From an uncultured Planctomycetales bacterium (GTDB lineage: Bacteria > Planctomycetota > Phycisphaerae > UBA1845 > Fen-1342), in the NCBI GenBank assembly GCA_964572345.1, contig CAZNFA010000006.1, forward strand, positions 89,437 through 153,436: 64,000 nucleotides of DNA. The letters are read 5' to 3'. Both the position numbers and the translations under genes were made by a program. Under the pieces are notes generated by a model that worked only from the letters and a program-made list of their open reading frames with translations, was not told where the DNA came from and made no database searches. Shown in pieces: positions 39,152 to 50,651 of this stretch (positions are counted from its first letter, which is position 1; each line of letters begins with the position of its first letter).

Positions 39152-40690
39152 TCACCACCCACCGTCGCGCGTGAACGGATTAGGCGACCCGGTGGCGCCG
39201 TTGATCGTTCCGCTGGCGCGGAGCGTGCGCGCCAGCTCAATGCCCATCGCGCAGACGTCCGGGGCGTCGTCGTGGCGGGCCTTGGGGAAGTGCAGAAACT
39301 GCGACTCGATCTCCGGGGCCAGGGCCGCCGGCAAACGAAACGTCCCATTCTCGTAGAAGGGCGACGAGCCCTCGATCCGGGCGCGCTTGTTCGCCGTCGT
39401 CCGGATCGACACGATTGGCATATAGAGCTGTCGGCGGCGACTGTGCTCGTCGAGGATGTCCTTGAGCGCCACCTGGTAAGCGACCGTCTCGATGCCGATC
39501 CTGACCGGTTTCCATTGCTCGAACGCGGTCGTGATGGTCTTGACCTGATCGACGACGCCGATGCGTTCCAGCTTCAGCGCGCGGGTGTAGATGACACCGG
39601 TGTGGCGCTCGACGCTTCCGACCCAGAGGGCGAAGTAGTCTCCGCCGCTGACCCCGGTCGCCGGATCGACCGCCATGAGCGTGATGAGCTCCTTTCCGGC
39701 CAGTTCGTCGGAGTGGTAGCGTTGCAGCCACTCGGGGCGGAAGACGCGGATCGAGTCGTCGATCGGGTTGGCCAGGTACTCCTGCTCGAAGGCCAGCGTG
39801 CCGACACGTTCGCGTTCCTCCTGTAGCCGCTCGACCGGCCAGCGATCGGGCCAGAGAGCCTTGAGGTAGTACTGGTCGTCCTCGGCGAGTTCGGCCTCGA
39901 GCGCCCGATAGACCTTGTAGTCCCAGCGCGGGAAGCGCGTTTTGTCACGCAGATTCGCCAGCAACGAGTCGTAGTGGATCAGCGAGCCGAGCACGATCAA
40001 CTGTCCATCGGGGGTCAGGGCCGGCATCACCACCTGGCGTAGCCAGTGTTCCAGCTTCCGCCGACCCTCGGGCGAGGCCACCTGCTCATCCTTTTCGATG
40101 TCGTCGCAGATGATCAGATCGGGCCGGCGTGGTCCCACCCGGGCTCCGCGGATGCCCGCCCCGGTCCCCTTGGCCTGAACGGTGATGCCGGCCGCGGTCG
40201 TGAAGAACGACTCGGTCCATTTCGACCGGCTGGGCCGTTTAGTCTTCTTCTTCTTCTCCCCGTCCTTCTTTTTCTTCACCCTACGTGCCTTCGTGCCTGC
40301 GTGCCTACATGCCTTCTTCTTGGCCCCTTCTTCCACACATAGATCGCCGTACTTCTCGATGATCCGCTCATTGGTCTCCAGCTCGTTGCGGATGTCGCGC
40401 ACGAACTGGGTGGCGAGTGAGGCCTCGTGCGTGATGATGACGATGTTCCCTCGGCGGCGCTGGCAGATGCACCACAACGGGTAAGCCAGGGCGGCACAGG
40501 TGCTCTTGGCGTGCCCGCGGGGCGCGACGCGGGCGATCAGACGGCTTCGGGGGTTCTGTAGATCCGCCATCAGCTCGGCATGGAACGGGGCCGGCTCGTT
40601 GCTGAAGTATTCCGGCAGATACTTCCGGGCCCAGCGCAACGAAGCGGGGTGATTGGGGTGCTGGTTGCGCGTGGGCTGCCGGGTGCTCAT
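39152..40690 (-). CDS. Phage terminase large-subunit-like protein (orphan)
   Basis: Walker A-like APRGHAKSTCAAL. DLIICDD Walker B/catalytic motif. C-terminal RNaseH-like nuclease region typical of Terminase_6-type large subunits. An unusual Lys-rich insertion (KKKACRHAGTKARRVKKKKDGEKKKKTKRPSRSKW) is encoded by low-complexity CTTCTT/GTGCCT DNA. Confidence 0.7.
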   Translation of the reverse strand: MSTRQPTRNQHPNHPASLRWARKYLPEYFSNEPAPFHAELMADLQNPRSRLIARVAPRGHAKSTCAALAYPLWCICQRRRGNIVIITHEASLATQFVRDIRNELETNERIIEKYGDLCVEEGAKKKACRHAGTKARRVKKKKDGEKKKKTKRPSRSKWTESFFTTAAGITVQAKGTGAGIRGARVGPRRPDLIICDDIEKDEQVASPEGRRKLEHWLRQVVMPALTPDGQLIVLGSLIHYDSLLANLRDKTRFPRWDYKVYRALEAELAEDDQYYLKALWPDRWPVERLQEERERVGTLAFEQEYLANPIDDSIRVFRPEWLQRYHSDELAGKELITLMAVDPATGVSGGDYFALWVGSVERHTGVIYTRALKLERIGVVDQVKTITTAFEQWKPVRIGIETVAYQVALKDILDEHSRRRQLYMPIVSIRTTANKRARIEGSSPFYENGTFRLPAALAPEIESQFLHFPKARHDDAPDVCAMGIELARTLRASGTINGATGSPNPFTRDGGW

Positions 40691-40870
40691 CTTGGCGCGA
40701 GGGAGTATAGGGGCGGTGTTCTAGCATCTCTAGAATACAGTGCGTGCTGCGCGGAATTGGCCGGTTTCTGCGGGGCCCTAACGCCTTCTGTGAGCGAGCC
40801 AACTCACGCCCCACCCCACGCCGTGCGCAGATCGCGTCGCCACCACTGAAGTAATGGGGCACCGCGGACG

Positions 40871-41755
40871 TCAGATCTGCCGATCGAGCTGTTTGCGGGC
40901 GGCTTCGACCGTGTTGCGCAGGAGCGTGGCGACCGTCAGCGGGCCGACCCCGCCGGGAACGGGCGAAATCGCCGCCGCCACCGGCAAAACCGCCTCGAAA
41001 TCGACATCACCCACGGTGCGCCGAACCTCTTTGCCGTCGGCATCGCGCTCGGCGACGGAGTTGATGCCCACGTCGATGACCACCGCCCCGGGTTTGACGT
41101 ATTCGGCCCCGATCGCCCGCGGCTTGCCGATCGCGACTACCAGAATGTCCGCCGACCGCGTGTGCGCCTCCAGGTCGCGCGTCTCGATATGGCATGCGGT
41201 CACCGTGGCCATCTGCGTCGTCAGGAACATCGTGATCGGGCGGCCGGCAATGCGGCTCTGACCAACCACCACCGCCCGGGCGCCCCGCACAGTCGCGCCG
41301 CTGCGCCGAATCAGCTCGTTCACCGCCAGCGCCGTACATGGCGCGATGATCGGCACGCCATAGAACAGCATCCCGATGTTGGCCGGGTTAACACCCTCCA
41401 CGTCCTTGTATGGGTCGATGCGGTACTGGGCGGCGGCCGGGTCGATGTGCTCAGGTAACGGCAGTTGCAGAATGATGCCGGTCACCTCGGGCTCGGCGTT
41501 GAGCCGATCGATCTCGGCCAGCAGCTCGGTCTGTGTGGTCGTTTCCGGCAATTCGACGAGCTCGTAATGCACGCCGGTCTGCACACAGCGCTTCCGCTGC
41601 CAGCGGGCGTACAGTCGGCCCGCCTCGTCGCTGCCGACCAGGACCGCGCATAGGCGAATCGGCCCGTGGTGGGTCGTGAAGTGGGCCACCTGGCGGTGAA
41701 CCTCATTGCGAATCTCGGCCGCGTAGGCCTTCCCGTCGAGAATCTTCGCCGGCAT
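40871..41755 (-). CDS. folD: Bifunctional methylenetetrahydrofolate dehydrogenase/cyclohydrolase
   Basis: 294 aa with an unambiguous FolD sequence (KILDGKAYAAEIR..., GIILQLPLP, YRIDPYKDVEGVNPANIG, GVGPLTVATLLRNTVEAA). Confidence 0.9.
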   Translation of the reverse strand: MPAKILDGKAYAAEIRNEVHRQVAHFTTHHGPIRLCAVLVGSDEAGRLYARWQRKRCVQTGVHYELVELPETTTQTELLAEIDRLNAEPEVTGIILQLPLPEHIDPAAAQYRIDPYKDVEGVNPANIGMLFYGVPIIAPCTALAVNELIRRSGATVRGARAVVVGQSRIAGRPITMFLTTQMATVTACHIETRDLEAHTRSADILVVAIGKPRAIGAEYVKPGAVVIDVGINSVAERDADGKEVRRTVGDVDFEAVLPVAAAISPVPGGVGPLTVATLLRNTVEAARKQLDRQI

Positions 41756-41899
41756 CCAATACCCTCACCGCGTCGGCGGATCATCGCTCCGCCGCCGGTC
41801 ACTTTCAAGTGCGCCGAGTGCCGGCGCGTGGGAGAGTGAATCGATTGGCGGGCGATGCCTACCCTGCATTCGCATCCACTAAGAGCGGGACTAGCGGTT

Positions 41900-42976
41900 C
41901 TACCGCCGGCTGTTGACGTGCCTGATCCAGGAGTGCGTGAGTTGGTCGCAAGTCGCTTTGTCGAAGTACTTGTCTGTGATGGCGCGTGTGTTCATGCCGT
42001 CATCTTTCGCCAGATCGCAGATGTAGTTCTGCACGCGCTCGCGCCCGTCGGCGTGTTCCAGCAGCAGGTGCACAAGTGTGTACGCCTCGGCGTAGTAGAG
42101 TGTCTTGCGATGCACACCGAGATAGCCGTCCACGTGGATCGGCGTCTCGTCGTAGAACGTCGCTCGGCTGGCCGTCACGATGCGCTGGAGTGGAATCGCC
42201 TCCGGCGTCGGGATGACCTTGCGGAGGATGTCCCAAAAGTTCTTGCGCGTATTGATGAAGCGTATGCCACTACGGCCCGGCCGCGCCCCCTCGTAATAGA
42301 CCGCCAGCCCTTCGTTGAGCCACATCGGCGGGTCCTTCACGTACCGGCACATGAACTGGTGAAACGCCTCGTGAAACAGCACGCTATAGGTATCGTCGGC
42401 GTCCGGCCGATCCAGAATCAGCAGCACACCGAGCGCACCCAGGTACATGCCGCCGGAGTTTTCTGTTCCGCCGGGGATGAACTCCCGGCCGAACTCGCGG
42501 TATTCGCGGCCGGTGGCAAAGACGATCACCGGGAAGCGCTCGTCCTCGCCGCGATCCAGGATGCTGGCAGCTTTCGGCTTCTGCTGCTTGCGATCGTCGC
42601 TTGCTTCCTTCTGGGCGGCTCGTTTACTCCGGCGGCTGCCGGCCGTGCTCCGTCGTCCGCGCTGTCCCTTCTTCCTGGACGCGGCCTTGCTCTTTTTCTC
42701 CTCCTCCTCGAACAGCTTGCGGAAGCCCTGAGCGTATTCGCCGTAGATCCATTCCAGCGCGCGGCCGTATTCCTCCAGACGAGCGTCATTGACGGTTCCG
42801 GCCAGGGCGTAGTGCTCGGTGACGTGGCGGACGTTCAACTCGCCGAGCTTCTCGGCCAGGTTGCTGCGCTGGGCCGCCGCCGGCACCGCACACGCCAATG
42901 CGACGACGGCCACGGCCACCAGGCGACACTGGTTCAGCACTTGGGACGCGCTCGGACTACCGGCATGCCGGTACAT
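41900..42976 (-). CDS. Secreted DUF1570-like protein with an HExxH motif and a Lys/Arg-rich insert
   Basis: Signal peptide. HEAFHQF motif, and overall resemblance to the planctomycete-enriched DUF1570 putative peptidase family. Basic low-complexity segment KKSKAASRKKGQRGRRSTAGSRRSKRAAQKEASDDRKQQKPK. Confidence 0.55.
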   Translation of the reverse strand: MYRHAGSPSASQVLNQCRLVAVAVVALACAVPAAAQRSNLAEKLGELNVRHVTEHYALAGTVNDARLEEYGRALEWIYGEYAQGFRKLFEEEEKKSKAASRKKGQRGRRSTAGSRRSKRAAQKEASDDRKQQKPKAASILDRGEDERFPVIVFATGREYREFGREFIPGGTENSGGMYLGALGVLLILDRPDADDTYSVLFHEAFHQFMCRYVKDPPMWLNEGLAVYYEGARPGRSGIRFINTRKNFWDILRKVIPTPEAIPLQRIVTASRATFYDETPIHVDGYLGVHRKTLYYAEAYTLVHLLLEHADGRERVQNYICDLAKDDGMNTRAITDKYFDKATCDQLTHSWIRHVNSRR

Positions 42977-43127
42977 CTCATCTCCTCCGACAGAAATGTG
43001 TCACCACCAGCATAACGGCCGGGACGGTGCTGACAAGGCCGTGGGCCAGCGTCGGGCAACGCTCGGCCGTGCTCACAACCTGAGCAACGACCTGACTCCA
43101 TCATACCACAGCGCGCCGTCAAATGTC

Positions 43128-44294
43128 CTACGTGCTCGATTGAGCTTCAACGACATCTATGATGCGCCGAGCCACGTAGACCTTGTACCGCTCCCTACCC
43201 GTGACCTCCGTGAGAATGTCGGCATTGACCATCTTCTCGATATTCAGCGCCGCCGAACGCTGCGTAATCCCCAGGCGCTCCGCCGCTCGCGGAATCGTCA
43301 CGACGGGATAGAAGAACAAGTCGTCCACCAGGCGCAGCAACAGCGCGGACGATCGGGCCGCGACGAACTGGCCCCTGTATTCGTCCCACAAGTCGAGCAG
43401 CCGCTTGGCCCGTGCTACCGCGTCATGCGATTGCTCGGCCACCCCGCGCAAAAAGAACAAAATCCACGGCAGCCACGCCCCTCTGCGGCTCACATCGAGC
43501 AGCAGGCCGTAGTACTGATCGCGGTGGCGCTCAAAGAAGGCGCTCAGATGCAGCAGCGGCTGCGGCAGCAGTCCCTCCGAACAGAGCAAGAGCGAGATCA
43601 ACAGGCGCCCGATCCGACCGTTCCCGTCGAGAAAGGGGTGAATGGCCTCGAACTGATAATGGATTAGCGCCAGTTGCACGAGCGGCGGAAGCGGTGACTT
43701 AGCGTGAAGGTATGCTTCGAAGCCTCCGAGCGCATCCTCCATTTCGGGAACCGGCGGAGGCACGTACGATGCCTCCATCAACGTGCAGCCGGGTGGCCCA
43801 ATCCAGTTCTGGCTGCGCCGAAACTCCCCCGGTGCCTGGCGCTCTCCACGTACGCCCTCCATGAGCTTGGCATGAAGCTCGCGGATCAGGCGCAGGCTCA
43901 CCGGTAGCTCGGTGAGACGCCCCAAGCCGTACTCCATGGCCCGGACGTAGTTCATCACCTCGTGCACGTCGGGGGCCTGTGGACGATCCGGGGCCGGTCC
44001 GTTGGCGGCTTCGAAGAAGAAAAGGTCGGACAATGATGCCAGCGTCCCCTCGATACGGCTGGACAAGACCGCCTCACGGCGGACAAAGGGCCCGATAAGC
44101 AGGTGTGGGTTCGGCAGGTTCGTGGCCGTTCCGGCCAGCAGGCCCAGCGCCCGGTCCGCCTCCGATACCTGGTCCGCCAGCTCCCAGCCCGGCTCCAGGG
44201 TGGGCGGCAGAGGATTCGGTACGAACGCCCAATAACCCTCGGCTGCTCTCGTAAGCTCGCCCCACCTATCTTCCGTAAAATCAGTGGGTTGCAT
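43128..44294 (-). CDS. Fic/DOC family protein (putative AMPylase)
   Basis: Canonical Fic motif HPFLDGNGRIGRLL. N-terminal Fic-N region. C-terminal winged-helix-like segment. Confidence 0.85.
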   Translation of the reverse strand: MQPTDFTEDRWGELTRAAEGYWAFVPNPLPPTLEPGWELADQVSEADRALGLLAGTATNLPNPHLLIGPFVRREAVLSSRIEGTLASLSDLFFFEAANGPAPDRPQAPDVHEVMNYVRAMEYGLGRLTELPVSLRLIRELHAKLMEGVRGERQAPGEFRRSQNWIGPPGCTLMEASYVPPPVPEMEDALGGFEAYLHAKSPLPPLVQLALIHYQFEAIHPFLDGNGRIGRLLISLLLCSEGLLPQPLLHLSAFFERHRDQYYGLLLDVSRRGAWLPWILFFLRGVAEQSHDAVARAKRLLDLWDEYRGQFVAARSSALLLRLVDDLFFYPVVTIPRAAERLGITQRSAALNIEKMVNADILTEVTGRERYKVYVARRIIDVVEAQSST

Positions 44295-44295
44295 C

Positions 44296-44530
44296 GCAAT
44301 GATACTTTGCTACGTCACCGCCGCCGCTAATGATACCTTTGGCCGGAAAGGTATCATTAGCCGAGGCAGCCGTCAAGCACCTACGAGGCACGGTCAACGG
44401 CTGCCGGGGGCCCGCTCACGCACTAACACACGGCCTGACGCCGTCAGACCGTGCTATCCGGCGGGGAACGCTACTTCGCTACGGTAATAGCCCGGCTGAT
44501 GATACTTTGCGGCTCAAAGGTATCGTTAGC
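44296..44530. promoter_or_regulatory. Putative operator region upstream of fic: three ATGATAC(C)TTTG-containing sites, two of them inverted repeats
   Basis: Perfect 15-6-15 palindrome GCTAATGATACCTTTggccggAAAGGTATCATTAGC (44326-44361). An imperfect copy CTGATGATACTTTGCggctcAAAGGTATCGTTAGC (44496-44530). A half-site AATGATACTTTGCTACG (44297-44314) abuts the fic start codon. Confidence 0.4.
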
Positions 44531-45139
44531 TACGCAGGTCGGGTCATCGACCCGACACTTCCGTCCGCAGCCCCAACGGGGCGACCGACCGTAGCCCAGG
44601 ACGCAAGTCCTGGGTAACCAACCCACCCCAAATCCCCACAGCCCCGCACGGGGCGACAGAACACACCCCGGCAGACGACAGGCGGCCAGAGCTACCGGCG
44701 TTGCTCGGGCTGAACGTGGTTGGCGAAGCGGAGGGCGGCGTAGAGGTCGTTGTCCGAGCGGTCGTGCATGCGGGCTCCGGCGGGCGGCACGTTTGGTGTT
44801 CAAATCCGTCCCCCACCGCTGAAGCGATGGGGCACCCTGCGGAGGCGCGCAGCGGACGCAGCGCCTGTCTAGGAATTATAGGCAGGGAACAGGGATCAAG
44901 GGATCGAGGGATCAAGGGAACGAGGGATGGCGGGGAATTGGTGGTTTTTGGCGGGTTATTGGCGGGGTTTGATACAGCAGAGCTCGGCTCGGAAGATTGA
45001 CCACGGAGCACACGGAGATCGCAGAAAGGCGGGTGCCCCAGCCTTTCAAGGCTGGGGGACGGACCTCGCGGGAGAGAAGACGATGATCGAAAGCGGTGGC
45101 ACCCGGCCCGGCGGTTACGCCTCGTGGTCGATGCCGGGG

Positions 45140-46051
45140 TTAGGCCCTGTAAACCTCGCTTGTCACAAAGTGCTTTGCGATGTGTGTGAGGTGGCGGTTC
45201 TTGGCCTCCAGTTGTTTGCGACGCTTCAGAAGGTCGTCGAACACGTCTACGTAATCAACGTAGGCGCCTTTTTCGTCCATCGCAACCACCGCTAACCCGA
45301 CCAGATCGCCCCCCGCTGCTTTGAAGCGATCTAAGATGGACGTCAGTACTGCTTCCCAATCCGCGATGTCTTGCTTCATGCGTTCGCGGACGATCGCATG
45401 TACCGCACCGATCGAGGCCACGTACTCGCGGATGAGCGGTTTGATGTCCACTCTATCGCCAATGGCCTGAAGCTCCTTAAGGACAGACTTCTTGAACTTC
45501 GGATCCTCCGCCAGCGATGCGACCTTGAGCCAGGGAGTCACTGTATTCTTGAACAGGGAATCCGGCGACCTGTGCAGACGCTCCGAATGCTGTGTGACAC
45601 CGCTCACCGGGAGGCCGCGGTGCTGGACGTGATTGCGCAAGGCGTCCATGACCCTGTAGCCCAGATGGGAATTGTATTCCTCGGATTTCTTGTCTTCGAG
45701 CGATTGCGCTTCGGGAGAACCGCCTCCGTAAACCTCGCGCACGTGGTGTGCCACTTGGTCCAAGTACAGGCGGCAAGCCGTCAGCAAATTGACTATTCGC
45801 CTGCTGATCGTGTGAACCCCAGCCACAGCCTTTGACCAGCTGACGTCTGAGAAGAGCATGTTGTGAAGGGCAGCGTCCAACAGCTGGCGTTCGACCTCAG
45901 AGAAGTTGCCGAGGACGTAGTCCAGCTTCTCCTCGATGGAGAGCGCGTGCATCAGCTTGGTCTTTGCGGCCTTGGCTTCCCGGAACTCCGCCTCCGTGAC
46001 ATCCACGGACCTCTTTTCGCCAAGAACGCGCCGTGTGATTGCGTATCTCAT
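45140..46051 (-). CDS. Hypothetical protein (lower-GC, likely horizontally acquired)
   Basis: ATG at 46051 (MRYAITRRVLGEKRSVDVTEAEF...). GC is visibly lower (~55-58%) than surrounding DNA. No family recognised. Confidence 0.45.
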   Translation of the reverse strand: MRYAITRRVLGEKRSVDVTEAEFREAKAAKTKLMHALSIEEKLDYVLGNFSEVERQLLDAALHNMLFSDVSWSKAVAGVHTISRRIVNLLTACRLYLDQVAHHVREVYGGGSPEAQSLEDKKSEEYNSHLGYRVMDALRNHVQHRGLPVSGVTQHSERLHRSPDSLFKNTVTPWLKVASLAEDPKFKKSVLKELQAIGDRVDIKPLIREYVASIGAVHAIVRERMKQDIADWEAVLTSILDRFKAAGGDLVGLAVVAMDEKGAYVDYVDVFDDLLKRRKQLEAKNRHLTHIAKHFVTSEVYRA

Positions 46052-46115
46052 GGTTTTTCCTATGTGGGGGCGGTGACACTGTCGCGAGTCCGCGTCATCG
46101 TGTGGCATCTCCGCG

Positions 46116-47279
46116 TCACGAGGCTTCCTTGCGAACGGCTCCATCTGCAACAAACAAGAGATAGTCGATCATCGCCACGACCTGGAGCACGCGTTCTGGC
46201 TGCAGATTCTCTACGAGGCGATGGTGCACTTGGTTCCTGATGAACCCGAATACACCCCGGAAAAGAAGATGAGCAGCTTCCTGCTCGGCAGCGACCTCGC
46301 TCACGGTCAAGCGCGGGGCAGAACCGCCAAAACAGTACTTGGCTAGTTCGAGACCGATACATGTCGCGGCTGCCCCGGACAGCCGTCGAAGGCGATTTTC
46401 CAACACCCTAGTCGCATCGGTGACCACCGTGTCGAGCCGGTCGTGCTGCCCGTCTTCTTTGAAGGCTGCGAGAAGGTCGAGGCAGCGCTTTCGTAGGTCC
46501 GCGTCGAGGATCTCGATGGTATCGATCACCACGGGCTTAGGAGCCCGGACTTGGCTAAACGATTCGGCAAGGTCTCGCTTGGGGCTGTCCGGTTGGCCAT
46601 CGGTGATCACGACGTCCTCGACCATCAAGGGCCACGGGGAGGCCTGTCGAAACACGCCGAGCCCGGTCTTCTCTTCAAAGTGGCCGATCCGTTGGTCGAC
46701 TGCGTGCAGGGCGTGCTTGGAAACGTTGGCCCGCGATGCCAGGACGTTTCGACGCTGCCGGAGATGTGCCAAGTAGAGCCCGCAGACGGACTTGATGAAT
46801 CGCACCCATCCATGGCTGATATTGACATCGTAGTCCGACGCGTCCGCGCCGCCCTTACTGATTTGCCCCTCCATCCAGGTTCGCACTCGTTGGGCCCGTC
46901 GCGTTTCCCGGTCGATCTCGAACGTGCTGCGCTGGCGCTCGCCCAGAATCAGCTTTAGATCAGCATCTTGTTCGATGGCCTCCATGTCGGCCGTAAGCAG
47001 GGAGTCGTAGAACTTGACCGCGGCGAGGTAGAACTCAAAAGTGTCCCGATTGAAGGACACCCAATGGTACTCGTGGTGATCGGGTGGCTCGGCTCGCTCT
47101 TCGGACACGTCTTCGTCCTCTTTCCTGTCGACTAACGGTCGGTTGCACTGCTGGCGGTCCGCGTCCTCGTGTGCTACTGCTCTCGAGCGGTGTCCTGCGG
47201 GGGGAACGCACAAGTACCGCCCGGTGTATCGCCTGGCCGGGTGCCATCGTGTCTTCCGGAACTCGCGTCGGTGCGGCAA
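46116..47279 (-). CDS. Hypothetical protein, possibly with an Abi/Ymh-like C-terminal domain (candidate defence gene)
   Basis: The C-terminal part (...LELAKYCFGGSAPRLTVSEVAAEQEAAHLLFRGVFGFIRNQVHHRLVENLQ...MIDYLLFV) is reminiscent of the TIGR02391/Hypoth_Ymh domain found fused to abortive-infection proteins. This is a low-confidence recollection. Lower GC than its surroundings. The start is uncertain; the track ORF maximum is 47279. Confidence 0.4.
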   Translation of the reverse strand: MPHRREFRKTRWHPARRYTGRYLCVPPAGHRSRAVAHEDADRQQCNRPLVDRKEDEDVSEERAEPPDHHEYHWVSFNRDTFEFYLAAVKFYDSLLTADMEAIEQDADLKLILGERQRSTFEIDRETRRAQRVRTWMEGQISKGGADASDYDVNISHGWVRFIKSVCGLYLAHLRQRRNVLASRANVSKHALHAVDQRIGHFEEKTGLGVFRQASPWPLMVEDVVITDGQPDSPKRDLAESFSQVRAPKPVVIDTIEILDADLRKRCLDLLAAFKEDGQHDRLDTVVTDATRVLENRLRRLSGAAATCIGLELAKYCFGGSAPRLTVSEVAAEQEAAHLLFRGVFGFIRNQVHHRLVENLQPERVLQVVAMIDYLLFVADGAVRKEAS

Positions 47280-47439
47280 GGCCCGTCGCGCCGTCTCCGG
47301 GCGTCCTATCTGGTTTCCGCATCATGTGGCGGCCCGCGGTGCCACTGGCGGCCTGTGCGCCGATGCCCGCTGTACGCACGTATGATACTGGATCACCGAA
47401 AATAGGTCAAAGATCGACACAAGCGCGGGCGGGGCTACG

Positions 47440-47800
47440 GGCGGGCGGTATATTGACCGGTCGGAGACCGGTGGCACAGAAGACGGCCGGTACGGGGAGT
47501 GGACGGGGCATTGACCGGTCAGAGACCGGTCCCACAGGAGACGGCCGGCACGGAGACCGGCCGCTACATTAACCCTCGCTGGCGCTTCGGGCTCGGATTG
47601 GCCGCTTCCCCATAGTCTGGGTGCGAGAAAGGATTCTCGCACCAGACACCCGGTACATTAACCCTTGCTGGCGCGTCGGGCTCTGTTTGGCACGGCCGAG
47701 ACGGAACTCGGCCGCTACGTTCACCGGCCGGAGGCCGGTGCCACACATTGACCGGTCGGAGACCGGTCCCACAGAAGACGGCCGGCCGGGGCGCCGGGCG
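47440..47800. repeat. Noncoding repeat array: three ~45-nt direct repeats plus a second 2-3-copy repeat family and a hairpin
   Basis: Family 1: (T/C)ATTGACCGGTC(G/A)GAGACCGGT(C/G)(C/G)CACAG(A/G)AGACGGCCGG at ~47449-47493, ~47510-47552, ~47744-47787. Family 2: GCTACATTAACCCT(C/T)GCTGGCGC(T/G)TCGGGCTC at ~47559-47602 and ~47650-47692, with a partial copy at ~47710. Hairpin GTGCGAGAAaggATTCTCGCAC at ~47621-47642. Irregular spacing. Confidence 0.6.
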
Positions 47801-50572
<2,772 letters not shown>

Positions 50573-50651
50573 GGTCTATTCACTCCAACTCCGCTAACCA
50601 TAGATCAGGTCTACGGACCCGACCTGCCGACTACAGTCCTGCCCCGCACCG

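Noticed and set aside
44780-44830. GTTCAAATCC T-loop-like motif followed by CCCCCACC, suggesting a tRNA/tmRNA 3' end or att site
   Set aside because: The flanking bases cannot form a T-stem or an acceptor stem. There is no D-loop or anticodon arm upstream, and the second copy of the shared 24-nt motif (40841) lacks the TTCAAATCC. Treated as coincidence.
47449-47790. Considered whether the three 45-nt repeats form a CRISPR array
   Set aside because: The spacing is irregular (17 nt, then ~190 nt). There are only three copies, no cas genes, and the repeats themselves contain internal direct repeats; this is more consistent with REP/MITE-like elements.
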